64,000 nt of DNA, taken from assembly GCF_004010195.1 (NCBI RefSeq), contig NC_057755.1, forward strand, positions 350,399 to 414,398, written 5' to 3'. This DNA comes from Chiloscyllium plagiosum (Eukaryota). The position numbers were made by a program, and so were the translations under genes. Positions 25,493 through 37,589 of this stretch are shown in pieces; position 1 is the stretch's first letter, and every line of letters begins with the position of its first letter. Under the pieces are notes generated by a model. The model was not told where the DNA came from. It saw nothing but the letters and a program-made list of their open reading frames with translations, and searched no databases.

Positions 25493-25736
25493 GGTGATAA
25501 CCCATCATCAATCCTTTCTGCATTTAGACTTGCATATTACATGACACTGACCCAGCCAGCACAAAATTGTTTCCTAGAATGAGCAGAACCCCTGACACCC
25601 CTGTTTATGTCTGTACCCATGACACCCTGATTGCACCAAGTTAACAACCCCATTCAGGGAACTCATATTCAATGAGTCCAGATTAGAGTGGTGCTGGAAA
25701 AGCACAGCAGATGAGGCAGCATCTGAAGAGTAGGAA

Positions 25737-25772
25737 AGTCGACGTTTCGGGAAAAATCCCTTCATCAGGACT
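25737..25772 (-). ncRNA. Minimal type-I hammerhead ribozyme motif in a Penelope-type terminus
   Basis: Minus strand reads AGTC-CTGATGA-A-GGGA tttt TCCC-GAAA-CGT-C-GACT: helix I AGTC/GACT, helix II GGGA/TCCC, palindromic helix III ACGT, GUC cleavage triplet. Confidence 0.7.
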
Positions 25773-26633
25773 AGAGGCAGAGTGCCTCCATCGAATAATT
25801 ACATCTTCTCAAGTGCAACAACTCGCCGTTTTGTAATATAGCGCCCAGAACAACCCCAGGTATGCTAAAAACAGTCCAACAAATGCCCCACAGTTGATGA
25901 ATGTTAACACTTTGAAACTCAATTCCCTTTTTCGAAACGAACACCTTTCCTTTGTTTGCAATGATATGGTCTTGTGCGGGAAGAAAGCTGTGTTGATGTT
26001 GTGAGTCCAGTGACCCATGTTCATATGAAGATATTCTGATTAAAATTGATTCCAGTAACACTGTGTCTCTTTCCACAGATGCTGCCATACCTGCTGAGTT
26101 TCGCCAGTTACGTTTGTTTCTGTTTTATGTTTCAAGCATATATGGCTCTTTTATTAATCTGATTACAATATTTCAGTTCCCAACCAGCCTCCCAGCAGCA
26201 ATTCTTTGAATTACAGAACCCAACCAAGAGGTCCTTCTGTCCATCAAGTTGGTGTTTTCAAAGGTGCAAAAAATCAACTCTTGCCCCAGATTTCAGCACT
26301 ATACTATGCAGGTAACGTCCGAAGCACTGAATTATAAGATCCACCTCACTCTCTGGTTGAAAGGCTTTTCCCCCAATTTCGTCTAAACCGCTTACTTTTT
26401 ACCTTGAAAATTATGACCCCTTCTCGTCCATCAACTGCATCCGCCAATTAGTTAAATATAGCACTAAGCAGCTTTGAAATGAGTCAGACCTGGAGCTGTC
26501 ATTTTTAAACGTGACATCTAAAGTCTCCCAACTTACCCGGTAGGTGCTAAGATCTTCCATTGTTCTCTGGACAGATGGGGAGATGGTTTAATTAGTAATT
26601 TCCAATTTCCCTTTTATCTTCAGTCTTTTTCAG

Positions 26634-27523
26634 TAAATTTACTGATGATTTTGGTCCTTTCACGGGAAAAGTACGGCCTCCCTAACTGAACAACACGCTG
26701 CCCGTTCAACTATTCATTCTCACGAACATCAAACTCAAACTCAAACACATTTACTACCCAAGGGTGCTTCCTTGACCTCACCCCTGTGTGCAGTGCTATC
26801 TTTGTCTTGGTTAGTGCAGCCACAGACTGTTCCGTCTGGTTCACTGTTCTTTTCTCCTTTGATCGTTTTATGGCCATTTGCCGCCTGTCAACGAGGAGAA
26901 AATATAAGACAAAGAACGCCTTGGCTGTGGATCTGGCTGCCATTGGCATTCTGCTCTCTTAAAACACCATTCCCTTCTACTTTAGGTATCTACCTGGAAG
27001 GATAATTTGCAATGTTCAATGGTAGGGTTGACGTAAGCCAAATTGTTTTACTGATCCCAGGTAGCTGGGGATTTAGTGACTTGATAAAATTTTAACCCCT
27101 TTCCTCCAATTCGTGTTAATTCTGTCGATGAACACTCTGACGGTCAGACACATTTCAGTGGACAGTAGAGTCAGCAAGAGCCTGAGGGGCCAGAGAAAGT
27201 GAGATAATCACACAGACACAGAGATGGTGAGCCGGAGGAAGTCTGTGATTTCCCTCTTCACCACATCCATCAGCTTTGTACTTCTATGTGTCGTGTACGG
27301 TGCAAATTTCTTATAATACATCATGAATGGAACAACTGTAAATAAGTACAGAGGTTCTCAGAAGAGTTTTCTGTTCGTCGGAGAAATGCTGTTGGATTTC
27401 AGCTGCAGCACGAACACATTATTTTATGCAGCGACTCTGCCCATGTTCAGAGCAAAGTTCAGGAATGCTGTGCAACAACTAGTCACGCAAATTCTTCATT
27501 TCATGACTCAGCGAAACAACTGA
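26634..27523 (+). pseudogene. GPR139-like class A GPCR pseudogene, main coding exon (TM1-TM7 and C-tail)
   Basis: Acceptor tctttttcag| then (V)NLLMILVLSREKYGLPN*. One frame from 26762: FLDLTPVC...AATDCSVWFTVLFSFDRFMAIC...IPFYF...DKILTPFLQFVLILSMNTLTVRHI...DTEMVSRRKSVISLFTTS...FSCSTNTLFYAATLPMFRAKFRNAV. Multiple in-frame stops and a TM2 deletion/frameshift. Confidence 0.88.
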
Positions 27524-27637
27524 GAGAGTTCCAGAGGCAGCTGCAGTAGTCCCAGTGCAGGAATTGCATATGTCCGACCAGGATTACATCAGCACAATCA
27601 CTTGATCTTAGTATAACACCCATCTGTGGATGGGGAA

Positions 27638-27647
27638 GTGTGTGTGT

Positions 27648-27679
<32 letters not shown>
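27638..27679. repeat. (GT)n microsatellite fused to a poly-G run
   Basis: gtgtgtgtgtgtgtgtgtgtgtgt followed directly by a long G homopolymer. Confidence 0.95.
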
Positions 27680-28369
27680 GTTGTTAACAGGATGAGTCAC
27701 CATTCATCATTCTCAGGATCAAGCTGCTCTCCCTGATTGACACACACGGGGACGCAAAGACAGGGAGCAACAGGAAACCCTTCAGCCCTTCGAGACGGTC
27801 CTTCTGCCAGCCCAGATGATCTCAGTTCATCCTATTTCAACAGCCATCCCTAATAGCTGTGTGCATCTGAGGACCATCCACGTCCGCCCCGCACAGCGAC
27901 CACCAAAAAATCTGAAAATTAATTTATCCACTTCTGCCTTCAACAATATTGAAGGATGTGGCAAAAGTACAGCAGGCCAGCGAGCAAAAGATAACTGTCA
28001 GGGGCAGGATTGGATGGAAAGAGGCTGCAAGAGTGATTTGAAATGAAGGACTGGCTGTGAGGGATGGGTTAAACTGGAACATTGGGTCTTCATGGACAGC
28101 CCTGTGATTGAGTGTTAAAGACCGGCATGAGGGTCTCTGCATTTCCCCTGCAGGGGAGGAGGGGCGAGCCAGAAACAGTCTCTCCTGCATCATGATGATT
28201 TTCAGACCATGTGTGTACAGCTCACGATAAACACTTTATTGCAACTGGGGTGCTCTGGGCGCTGCTAATCCTCTCACCTGAGTGGGTTATTATTCCATTC
28301 ATTTTTCTTTATTTTTGAGAGTTCCTTGAGGTTAGCTCCTGCCTCCTCTCAACACAAGGATATTGTCGT

Positions 28370-30140
28370 ATCTCTATTTCTCTGCCTCTTTGTGTGTGTC
28401 TTTGTCTCTGTCCCTCTCTTCCTCTCTTTCTCTGTCTCTGTATTTCTCCCTCTCTGTCTCTTTTTCTCTCATGGACTGTGTCAGACACTTGTTATCTCAG
28501 TGCAACATATGTTCACGTGCATTGGCTCAAATCCATTCCTGATCCCTTCATTCACTCATTTTTCCCCAGGATGTAATGTTGCAAAACATAAAATGCATGG
28601 ACCCGGCCAGCAGTACTTTCACACAATACTCATTATAGTCCTGTAAATTCACTGTCCCTTCATCTCCTGCTCTTTGAATGCTTCCGTGTGTCTGTGTGTT
28701 TTATTGTCTTTGTGGGAATGTCACTCTGCATGTTCCTCAGTTTTAGTCTTTGGATATTCTGGGCAATAATGCACCTGCACTCAAAGACAGACAAACAGAG
28801 AGTCACAGAACCACTATGACACACTGATACACACAAGCAAAAACAGCATATACAAAGATAGAAACCCAAAAAACTCCATATTTCCATCCACACCATGCAC
28901 ACATTATGAGTGTATTTCTGCATCTATGTGTGCGTTTCACTGTGTATGTGTGTTTGGAAGTATTTCAGTGACTTTTTATTGCTGTGCTTTTATGTTTGGG
29001 TATGTTATTCAGTCTGTATGAAAGTGTTCCTATGATGCTGAATGTTTTTGTGTGGGTGTATGTTACTGTGCCTGTGTATCTCTGTCTGATTTACATATAG
29101 TGTCTGTTGCACTTCTCCGTGTGTGTGTCAGAGTGTCACACTGATTCTGTGACTCTCTGTGTGTCTGTGTTTGAGTGCAGGTGTATTATTGCATGAATGC
29201 AGGGTGTGTTTCTGACCGGCTGTGCTCCTGTTTATGTTGCTGTGTGTTGTTCAGACTGTGCTCGGCTGTTGGTTTGTGTGATAAGATCCTTCTGTGTCTC
29301 CAGCAGGATTTCTCTGTGTCTATCTGTGGGTATGTCTCTGTGTGTGTTTAAGCGTGTTGTTCTCTGTATGTATCTAACTGTGTGTGTAGTTCTGGAACTG
29401 TGATTGTGTGTGCTCATGTGTATGTACAGGTATGTTTCGGAAGGTTCTTGCTGGTTCTTGTGTAATATCTGTCAGTATAGCTGTTTTATATGTGAGTGAA
29501 GATCTGGGTGTGATTCAGTGACTGTGTGAAAATGTGTTCTTATATTGTCAGATGACTTTTGTATGTATGTTTGTTCCGGTATGGATGTCTGTCTTTTCCT
29601 ATAGCTCAGTATAACTGTATTTCTCTGTGCCTGCGTGAGTTTAAAGGTGTGGATGTATTAATGTGGGTGTATGCAGTTGTTTTCACAATCTGCAGTATGA
29701 TTGTTTTCTGCCGTGTGTCTGTGGGAGTGTGGGTCTGTTTCCGTGTTGGTATGTTCCCGTGTGTGTGTGTGTGTGTTTATGGATTTGAAATGCATTCTTT
29801 TTTCGCAGTATATTTCTATGTCTCAGCCTGTTTTCATTTTTGCGTGTGGGTATGTTTCTGTGTCTCTATTTTCCCTTATCTCCCTTTGTCTGTGTGTGCG
29901 TGTGTCTTGCACGCAAGTGTGCGGTGGGGAAGAGTTTCAGAATCTGTGTGTGGCTGTGCGTGTATATGTGGGTGGGTGTGCATTTGCGTGGGGAGAGTAT
30001 TGGTGTGTTTGGGGGAGTGTGTTTGTGCACATGCGTTTGAGGGTATACCTTTTGACAGTATGGCACTACATCTCATTCAGACTGCATTTCTGTGTGTGGG
30101 TGCGTTCCTGTGTCCTTCAGGGTGGAGCTATGTCTCTGTC
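28370..30140. repeat. TG/TC-rich low-complexity region (decayed simple repeats)
   Basis: Dense TGTG/TCTC motifs. ORFs 29559, 29701 and 29840 are C/V-rich artefacts. Confidence 0.85.
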
Positions 30141-30827
30141 TCATAATGACACTTGCTCTGCTGAAAATGGCTGAGTGAACCCTACAGCAAGTTCCAGTGC
30201 ACAGATTGCTTTCATTGAAGTATTTCTGGGAACATGGAAAAGATCTAAATATCATTACATCTACCTTAAAATCTCTGAACATTGAACTGTTACTTCAGTT
30301 CAAAGACGAATGTCAAAGTAACTGAACACGATAAGGGAATATTGAATGAAAAGCAGGGCACAAGCAAGATCAGAGTAACAGTGGGATCTTGGAATGCATG
30401 TCCACAGATCCCTGAAGGAGGCATGACAGGTAAGTAGAGTAATTAAGTATGTACACGGGCTATATCAGTATAGGAGGTCATGTTGAAGCTTTCCAGACTT
30501 TGGTGAGAATACAGCTGGGATACTGTGTGCAACTCTGGTCAATACATAATGGGAATATATACATCATGTATATACCAAACCGCAAAATGCTGCTGAGCGG
30601 TGGGAACAGTAGCAGAGTTTAATATGGGGAGTGAAGCATATGGTAATCTTATAAACTTCTGCTGGAACACCTATAACACCAGCACATACTTCCTTCGATA
30701 CATGGTACAAAACTGCTCACAACATTCCAAAAACGATCTGACCAGAGCCTTATCCAGCCTCAGCAGGGTGCCTCTGCTCTTGTGTTCTAGCTATCTTTAA
30801 ATGAATGTTGACATTGCGTTTGCTGCC

Positions 30828-31968
30828 TATTATGAAGTTGTGTAGAGTACTCGTGAAGTGGAAGGCAGGAAGCTCGAATTTGTTTGTAAAACTGAGAGAA
30901 GGAAAGAGTGCGTGGTCCCTTTAAGAGGTAAAGTGTTTTCCTAAATTCAGAGAATTATGCAGAAAAATGTATCTGTGAGCAGCTGCAGATTGCAGACAGT
31001 TCTGACATTGAAACATATTTCAAATGGTTGTGTGATTGGAAACCTTTGGTTTGTCTTGATGTTACGGCAACCAGCTTGAATATTCGCAATTAATTTAAAC
31101 CAGGCCCTCGACACCAAAACCCAATTCAATTTTACTCTGATGGTTTTGAATATTTCGAACCAATCCAATTGTAAAGAAATTAATAGACGATCAAGAGTAT
31201 AAAAGACGAGGGCATTTGGAAATTTGGAGACAGCCAACTGCCATCTCTGGAAGTAATAACGTTCAGCTCTCAGAGAAAGCACCATCTATTCATAAAAGTT
31301 ACCTTGGCAAGTTTCTCTAATAGGAGCCCTTCCTGAAGAAGGGCTTATGCCCGAAACGTCGATTCTCCTGTTCCCTGGATGCTGCCTGACCTGCTGCGCT
31401 TTTCCAGCAACACATTTCCAGCTCAAGTTTCTCTAATATTCCAGACAAATAAATTACAGACAAAACACCCCTGACAGCAGGATCAGCAGAAGAAAGGCTT
31501 TTGTGACTTGAGATCAGAGATGAGACTGAGAGTCAGCAGAGAAAGCAGAGCATCCCTAAAGGCCCATTCTGTGTGAACTTTGAGAGGCTAAGTTTTAATT
31601 TGTTGTTTTCTTATTACCTAGATTTATATCATTTGGAAATATGTTTATTGGAACAGCATACTAGTGGAATTTCGCTCAGTTAGGGAATAGTTATTAGTTC
31701 GGGGCAATTGTCCGGTTTGTTTGTAATTCTGTTAGTTTATTCTCTGTTAGACTTAAATAAACAAACTGTTACTTGTCACTTTAAAACCAGTTATCAGAAA
31801 GTCCTTTCATTTAATCACATTTCTAACAGATTATGAGAAACAAAGTGAGCTACTCTGGGTTTTTCAGGTTTGATTATTAAAAGGAAACATCTACTCCTTC
31901 CAAAACAAATTGGGATTTGCTGTTAGGTTTAATTCTCAGAGGGGTTCGATCTGTTCCCCTTTGTAACA
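30828..31968 (+). mobile_element. Probable solo LTR (Gypsy-type)
   Basis: Interrupts a decayed LINE fragment. Ends read TATTA... and ...TAACA (a decayed TGTTA/TAACA terminal pair). Internal TATAAAA at 31198-31204 and AATAAA at 31756-31761. No clear TSD seen. Confidence 0.45.
31323..31423 (+). mobile_element. 101-bp Penelope-type terminal element with hammerhead core, nested in the putative LTR
   Basis: CTGAAGA-A-GGGC ttat GCCC-GAAA-CGT-C at 31333-31360. Flanked by a perfect 15-bp direct repeat CAAGTTTCTCTAATA (31308-31322 and 31424-31438). Confidence 0.85.
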
Positions 31969-34900
31969 CTTTCTAACTGATAACTGAAATTTCACATTCA
32001 CTTGAAGATAATCCTGTACAAGGACTCCTGAGTCGCTTGTATGCTTCAGGTTTCCAAAGATTTTCCGTCATTATAAAATAGTATGCACCTCTATCCTTCT
32101 GACCCCAGTTCATAAACTCTCACTTGCAACGTTGTATTCCATTTGTCACTTGTTTACCCACTCTCCTAGTCTGCCTGATTTCTTTTTCAGTTACTGTATC
32201 CCTCAACATTACCTGTTGCGCCACCAATCTTTGCATCATGTGCAAACTTTGCGTAAATGACCTCCATCATCCAGATCATTAATGTATAACCTGAACACTT
32301 GTGATCACAAATTAACCTCTGCAGAACTTCACGAGCAGCCAGTTGCCAACGTGAAAAAAACCTCATTTAGTGCTACTGTCTGCCTTCTGCCAGTCAGATA
32401 ATCCTCTATCCATGATAGTACTTTGCCACGAAAACAATGCGTTTTTATCTTTTTTAGGGCCTTCTTCATGACCTGCTGCACCTGTGTCTTGCATTTTCTG
32501 TATTTTGTGCAGGATTACGACAAGTCCCTTTACGTTGCAGCTTTCTTCAGCTTTTCGTTTTTTAAAATAATACTCTGCTCTTTTATCTTACCTTGCAAAA
32601 CAAGTCACTTCATATTTTCCCAAGTTAAATTGACAACGTTTTGCTCACTTACTTAATCTATCAAAATCTCTCTGTAAACTGTCTGTATCCTTCTCCCAAC
32701 TTTCCTTGTCACCTATTTTTGTCCCATCTGCAAATCCTTACTCAGTCATTCACGTGCACAGTATTGCAGGTTTTATGCAGAAGAAATAATATATAATATG
32801 CATTGTTGTGCAGAACTGTTTGTCTATGATTAACGATTGTTTTGCTTTGGAGCTGATCATTTTTACATGTAAATATTATTTTGCATTGGAACCATCTGTG
32901 TTTTTAAGTAAATATTGTATTTTTAAAAATAAACATGAATATTGTTGTGCATGGGAACTACTCTTGTAACTGTACATGTTAATATATGTATTATTGTTTT
33001 TTGGAAGTGTTTATGTGTACATAAATACTGTTAAATATTGTTTATGTGTATTGTTCTGGAATGGAACTGTTTATGTTTGGAAATAAATATAGCTGTGTAT
33101 TGGAGGTGTTCTTGTTTATGTATACACATTAGTGTATGTTGAACTTGTGCCTGTCTCCTACTTATCATCAATACCGACCAGGTGGTGTGAATGCTGAGCT
33201 CCCTCTGTGCTTTGGCATGGGTCTGCAGTCCCAAAACTTGCTGGAGGAGCAGCTGCACAGAATAGTTTCGGTTACGTGTTAGCAATTATGGGGCGGACTG
33301 AGACATAGGCAAGTAAATAGGCTGGGACACCTGATCTCTCAATATATATTCAGGGAATGATAATTGAAGAGAGCTAGGAGAATATTAAGTACTGGTAGGG
33401 AGCGAGTTAGATAATGTAATAGACTGAGAATTCAGCAGAGAATAACGGGGATAGGATGAACTTGACAATAATAAGGAGAGGGTCACGTAGAAATTAATAG
33501 GGAGAGGATTAAATAAAAGTGAACAAGGAGAGTGTTAAACACAGGAGAAGATGATGGGATTTAATACAAAGTGACAGAGACAGGTGTAAATGGTGAGTTG
33601 CAGAAAGAAGAATGAATACAGTGGAGCAGGGAAAGGGTTAAATAGAGTCATTATGAAAGCACTACTTCGAGAGCAATCGGGAGACAGTCAGTAGGTGAAG
33701 AGTTAAAGTTTGTCATGGATGCAGCTTAAAGAATGTCAATGGCTTGAAAAAGCTCTGGAAGGAGATGAACAGTTAGAGGGACATAGGAACAGGCCTTTCA
33801 GACCCTCAAGCCTTTTCTCCCATTCAATTGCTGATCTGTAGCCGAGCTCCACATGTCTTGGAGACTTATCCCTGAACATCTTTGCTTAATAAAAGAAGAT
33901 CTATCTCACATTTAAAGTTAACAACTGGCCCAGCATCCACTGCTGTTTGTGGAAGAGGCTTCCAAACGTTCACCACCCTTCCTGTGCGGACATGCTTCCT
34001 AACATCTCCAGGGAATACTCTGGTTCTAATTCTCAAGCTATGTCGTTTTGTTATAGAATCACCAACCAGTGAAAATAGCTTATCTTTATCCTGTAACTTC
34101 TGTAGAAACCAGGCCTAATCTGTGTAACCTCTCCTCATATCCTAATCCCTGAAGTCCAGGTATCATTCTTGCAAATCTACATTGTACTTCCGACAAAGCC
34201 AATACATCCCACCTTAGGAGTGATGCTCACAGTACTCCAAGTGGGAGCTAACCAAAATTTTGTACAGCTGTAGCATGACTTTTGTGGCCTTACATGCGAT
34301 GAGAGAGTCACTGGCCAGGCCAGCATTTATTGCTCATCCCAGATGGCAGTTAACAGTCAACTACCTTGCTGTGAGTCTGGAGTCACACATCAGTTCGACC
34401 ACGTGAGATTGGCACTTTCCTTCCCAAAGGGCATTAGTGAAAATGTTCTTGTTTGTTTTCATGTAAATGCCGAGATAAAAATAATGAATCAACATGTTGG
34501 CCATTTCACCATAGCTATTGACAATATCCTCTGTAATTTTGGTAAGACCTGATCTACTTCTTTACTTAGTGGGCCTTGTTTTACACAAATGAGACACGGT
34601 TGACGACAAGACGTGGCTTATTATATTTGAAACATAAGGTAGATAAAAGTACACCTTTCCAAAACTGGCGTTTCCCTTTAACATCCCGAGTAATCTTGCA
34701 GTTCTGAAATGTCTGTGCTAGTTTAAAATCTGCTTTGGAGAAGATGCTGTTAAAAAGTGCATACTACCCTGATTACAGTTCATTGAACTGGAGTTGGAGC
34801 AGTTCTGCGTTCTTCAATGGTTCCTGCTTCTTGGACCTCATGTTTTCTGGAATGTCTGTGGGATCACTTTTATTTGGATGGCTTGTGTGTTAGCTCGCTA

Positions 34901-35388
34901 TTGGGGAAATATCTGAGCAAACTGGCTTAGCAGTAGTTTGACGAAACAATGTAATTAGCATATTTTAAATGGAGTTTCTATTGCGGGAAGGATGGTTCCT
35001 AAGACAGTACTGGGTATTTTAATATATTTTTTTTAATTGAGCCAACCCTTATAGCCTAGCTGACTCAAGAACAATTTTACTGAAACTCAGATCTATTGTT
35101 CCAACCGAAACCTCGTGGCAGTGTCTCACCAACAACCCATTCAATATTCAATCAAGGTGAATGGCTTGCATGTCGATCTGGCTTCATTCAATTAATCAGT
35201 GAATGCTGCAAGCTTCCTGGCATAATATCATTAACACCAACTCAATGTATTCAATCAAAGAAATCATTTTGCGTACTTGAGTCTGCTCTCTGCTGTTGCC
35301 AGGATTCCAATACCGGACCCACAATGCTGCCACCGCAAATGCCACTGATGCCATCTTCCTCCAGTGTCACCAGCAAAAGGAAGAAAAG

Positions 35389-36917
35389 ACAGGTGTATCA
35401 GAGAACTCAGTGGGAATCCAGAGAAGTGATTGCAGGGCCTCTTGCTGAGATATTTGTATCGTCGATAGTCATAGGTGAGGTGCTGGAAGACTGGAGGTTG
35501 ACAAACATGGTGCCACTCTTTAAGAAGGACGGTAAAGACAAGCCAAGGGACTATAGAACGTGAGCCTGACCTCGGTGGTGGGCAGGTTGTTGGAGAGAAT
35601 CCTGAGGGACAGGATGTACATGTATTTGGAAAGGCAAGGACAGATTAGGGATAGTCAACATGGCTTTGTGCGTGGGAAATCATGTCTCACAAACTTGATT
35701 GAGTTTTTTGAAGAAGTAACAAAGAGGATTGATGAGGCCAGAGCAATCGATGTAGTCTCAATTGACTTCAGTAAGGCGTTCGACAAGGTTCCCCATGGGA
35801 GACTGATTTGCAAGTTTAGATCGCATGGAATACAGGGAGAACTAGCCATTTTAATACAGAACTGGCTCAAAGGTAGAAGACAGAGGCTGGTTGGTTTTCA
35901 GACTGGTGTCCTGCGACTAGTGGAGTGCCACAAGGATCGGTGCTGGGTCCTCTACTTTTTGTCATTTACATAAATGATTTTGATGCGGGCATAAGAGGTA
36001 CAGTTCGTAAGTTTGCAGATGAGAAAAAATTTGGAGGTGCAGTGGACAGCGAAAAGCGTTACCTCAGATTACGACATGATCTGGACCAGATGGACCAATG
36101 GGATGAGAAGTGGCAGATGGAGTTTAATTCAGAGGTGCTGCATTTTGGGAAAGCAATTCTTAGCAGGACTTATTCAGTTAATGGTAAGGCCCCGGGGGAG
36201 TGTTGCTGAACAACAAAACCTTGGAGTGCAAATTCATAGCTCCTTGAAAGTGGAGACGCAGTTAGATAGGATAGCGAAGACGGCGTTTGGTAAGCTTTAC
36301 TTTATTGGTCAGAGCATTGAGTACAGGAGTTGGGTGGTCATGTTGCGGCTGGACAGGACATTGGTTAGGCCATTGGTGGAATATTGCGTGCAATTGCGGT
36401 CTCCTTCCTATCGAAAAAATGTTGTGAAACTTGAAAGGGTTCAGAAATGATTTACAATGATGTTACCAAGGTTGGAGGATTTGGGCGAAAGAGAGATGCT
36501 GAACAGTCTGGGTCTGTTTTCCCTGGAGCGTCGGAGGATGAGGGGTTATCTTATAGATGTTTACAAAATTATGAGGGGCATGGATAGGAAAGGCAAAGTC
36601 TTTTCCCTGGGGTCGGGAAATCCAGAACTAGAGGGCATAGGTTTAGGGTGAGAGTGGAAAGATATAAAAGAGACCGAAATGACAACTTTTTCACCCAGAG
36701 GGTGATACGTGTATGGAATGAGCTGCCAAAGGAAGTGGTGGAGGCTGGTACAATTGCAACATTTAAGAGGCATCTGGATGGGTAAATGAATATGAAGGGT
36801 TTGATGGGAAATGGGATGGGTGCTGGCAGTTGGGACTAGATTGGGTGGGATATCTGGTCGGCATGAACAGGTTGGACCGAAGGGTCTGTTTCCATGCTGT
36901 ACATCTCTATGACTATG
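35389..36917 (+). mobile_element. 5'-truncated CR1 LINE, frameshifted
   Basis: EDWRLTNMVPLFKK, SLTSVVGRLLERILRD, QHGFVRGKSCLTNL, PQGSVLGPLLF, FADE; tail CTCTATGACTATGAC. Confidence 0.95.
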
Positions 36918-37039
36918 ACAAGAGAGAAAATGAAATGGTGCAATTGGCCCAGAGATTGGAAGTAAACGGGTTCAGCTACCGCTGCCGAACCTGCCACTGC
37001 CGCCATCATTAACAAAAATTGACAATGGAGATTGACCAG

Positions 37040-37480
37040 GGCTCGGGTGTTTCACCTCTGAAGTGAGACTAGAGAAGCTGGGATTGTTTTCGTTTGATCA
37101 GAGAAGCTCAGGGGGACCTGAATGAGGTGTACAAAATTATGAAGGGTACAGATAGGATCGGTATAAATAAACCTTTTCCCCATAGAATTGAATGAATAAC
37201 CAAGAGGCATCAATTGAAGGTGAGGGTCAGAATGTTTAGAGATGTGAGAAAGGTATTTTTCACACAAAGAGTGGTGGGAATCTGAAACTGATTGCCTGTA
37301 ATGGTGGTAGAGGCATAAATATTGAAAACAATAATTAATTATTGAAATATGCACTTGTGATGCCCAGGGACACTAAGCCATAGGCTAAGAGCTGGAAAAT
37401 GCCATGGAAATAGGCAAGTGGTTGTTTTTGACACAATGGGCTGAAGGGACTTTTTGTGTGCTGTATATTTCTATGACTCC
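37040..37480 (+). mobile_element. CR1-like LINE 3' fragment
   Basis: GAGACTAGAGAAGCTGGGATTGTTTTCG...CTGAATGAGGTGTACAAAATTATGAAGG matches the RLEKLGLFS..EVYKIMKG motif; tail CTATGACTC. Confidence 0.75.
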
Positions 37481-37589
37481 AATTTAGAACTTCAAACTGA
37501 ATTAGCGTTTTTGTACTCTGGACTCTCCCCGTCCTCTCCACTGTTCTCTCCAACACCACCCCAACATTGGTTGCAATCCAAGTTTAAAC

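Larger units (their letters stand above)
3675..27632 (+). repeat. Segmental duplication, copy 1
   Basis: Collinear and highly similar to 40409-64000. Paired near-identical ORFs include 6980/43735, 12045/48838, 25574/61951 and 27323/63691. Confidence 0.97.

Noticed and set aside
26250..26545. Exon 1 of the GPR139-like pseudogene (donor-like caggtaac and ccggtagg)
   Set aside because: No ATG-initiated YYP..GVP-like peptide lies upstream of either site, and the first sits in a LINE-tail fragment.
29559..30174. Cys/Val-rich membrane protein ORFs
   Set aside because: They are translations of (TG)n-like low-complexity DNA.
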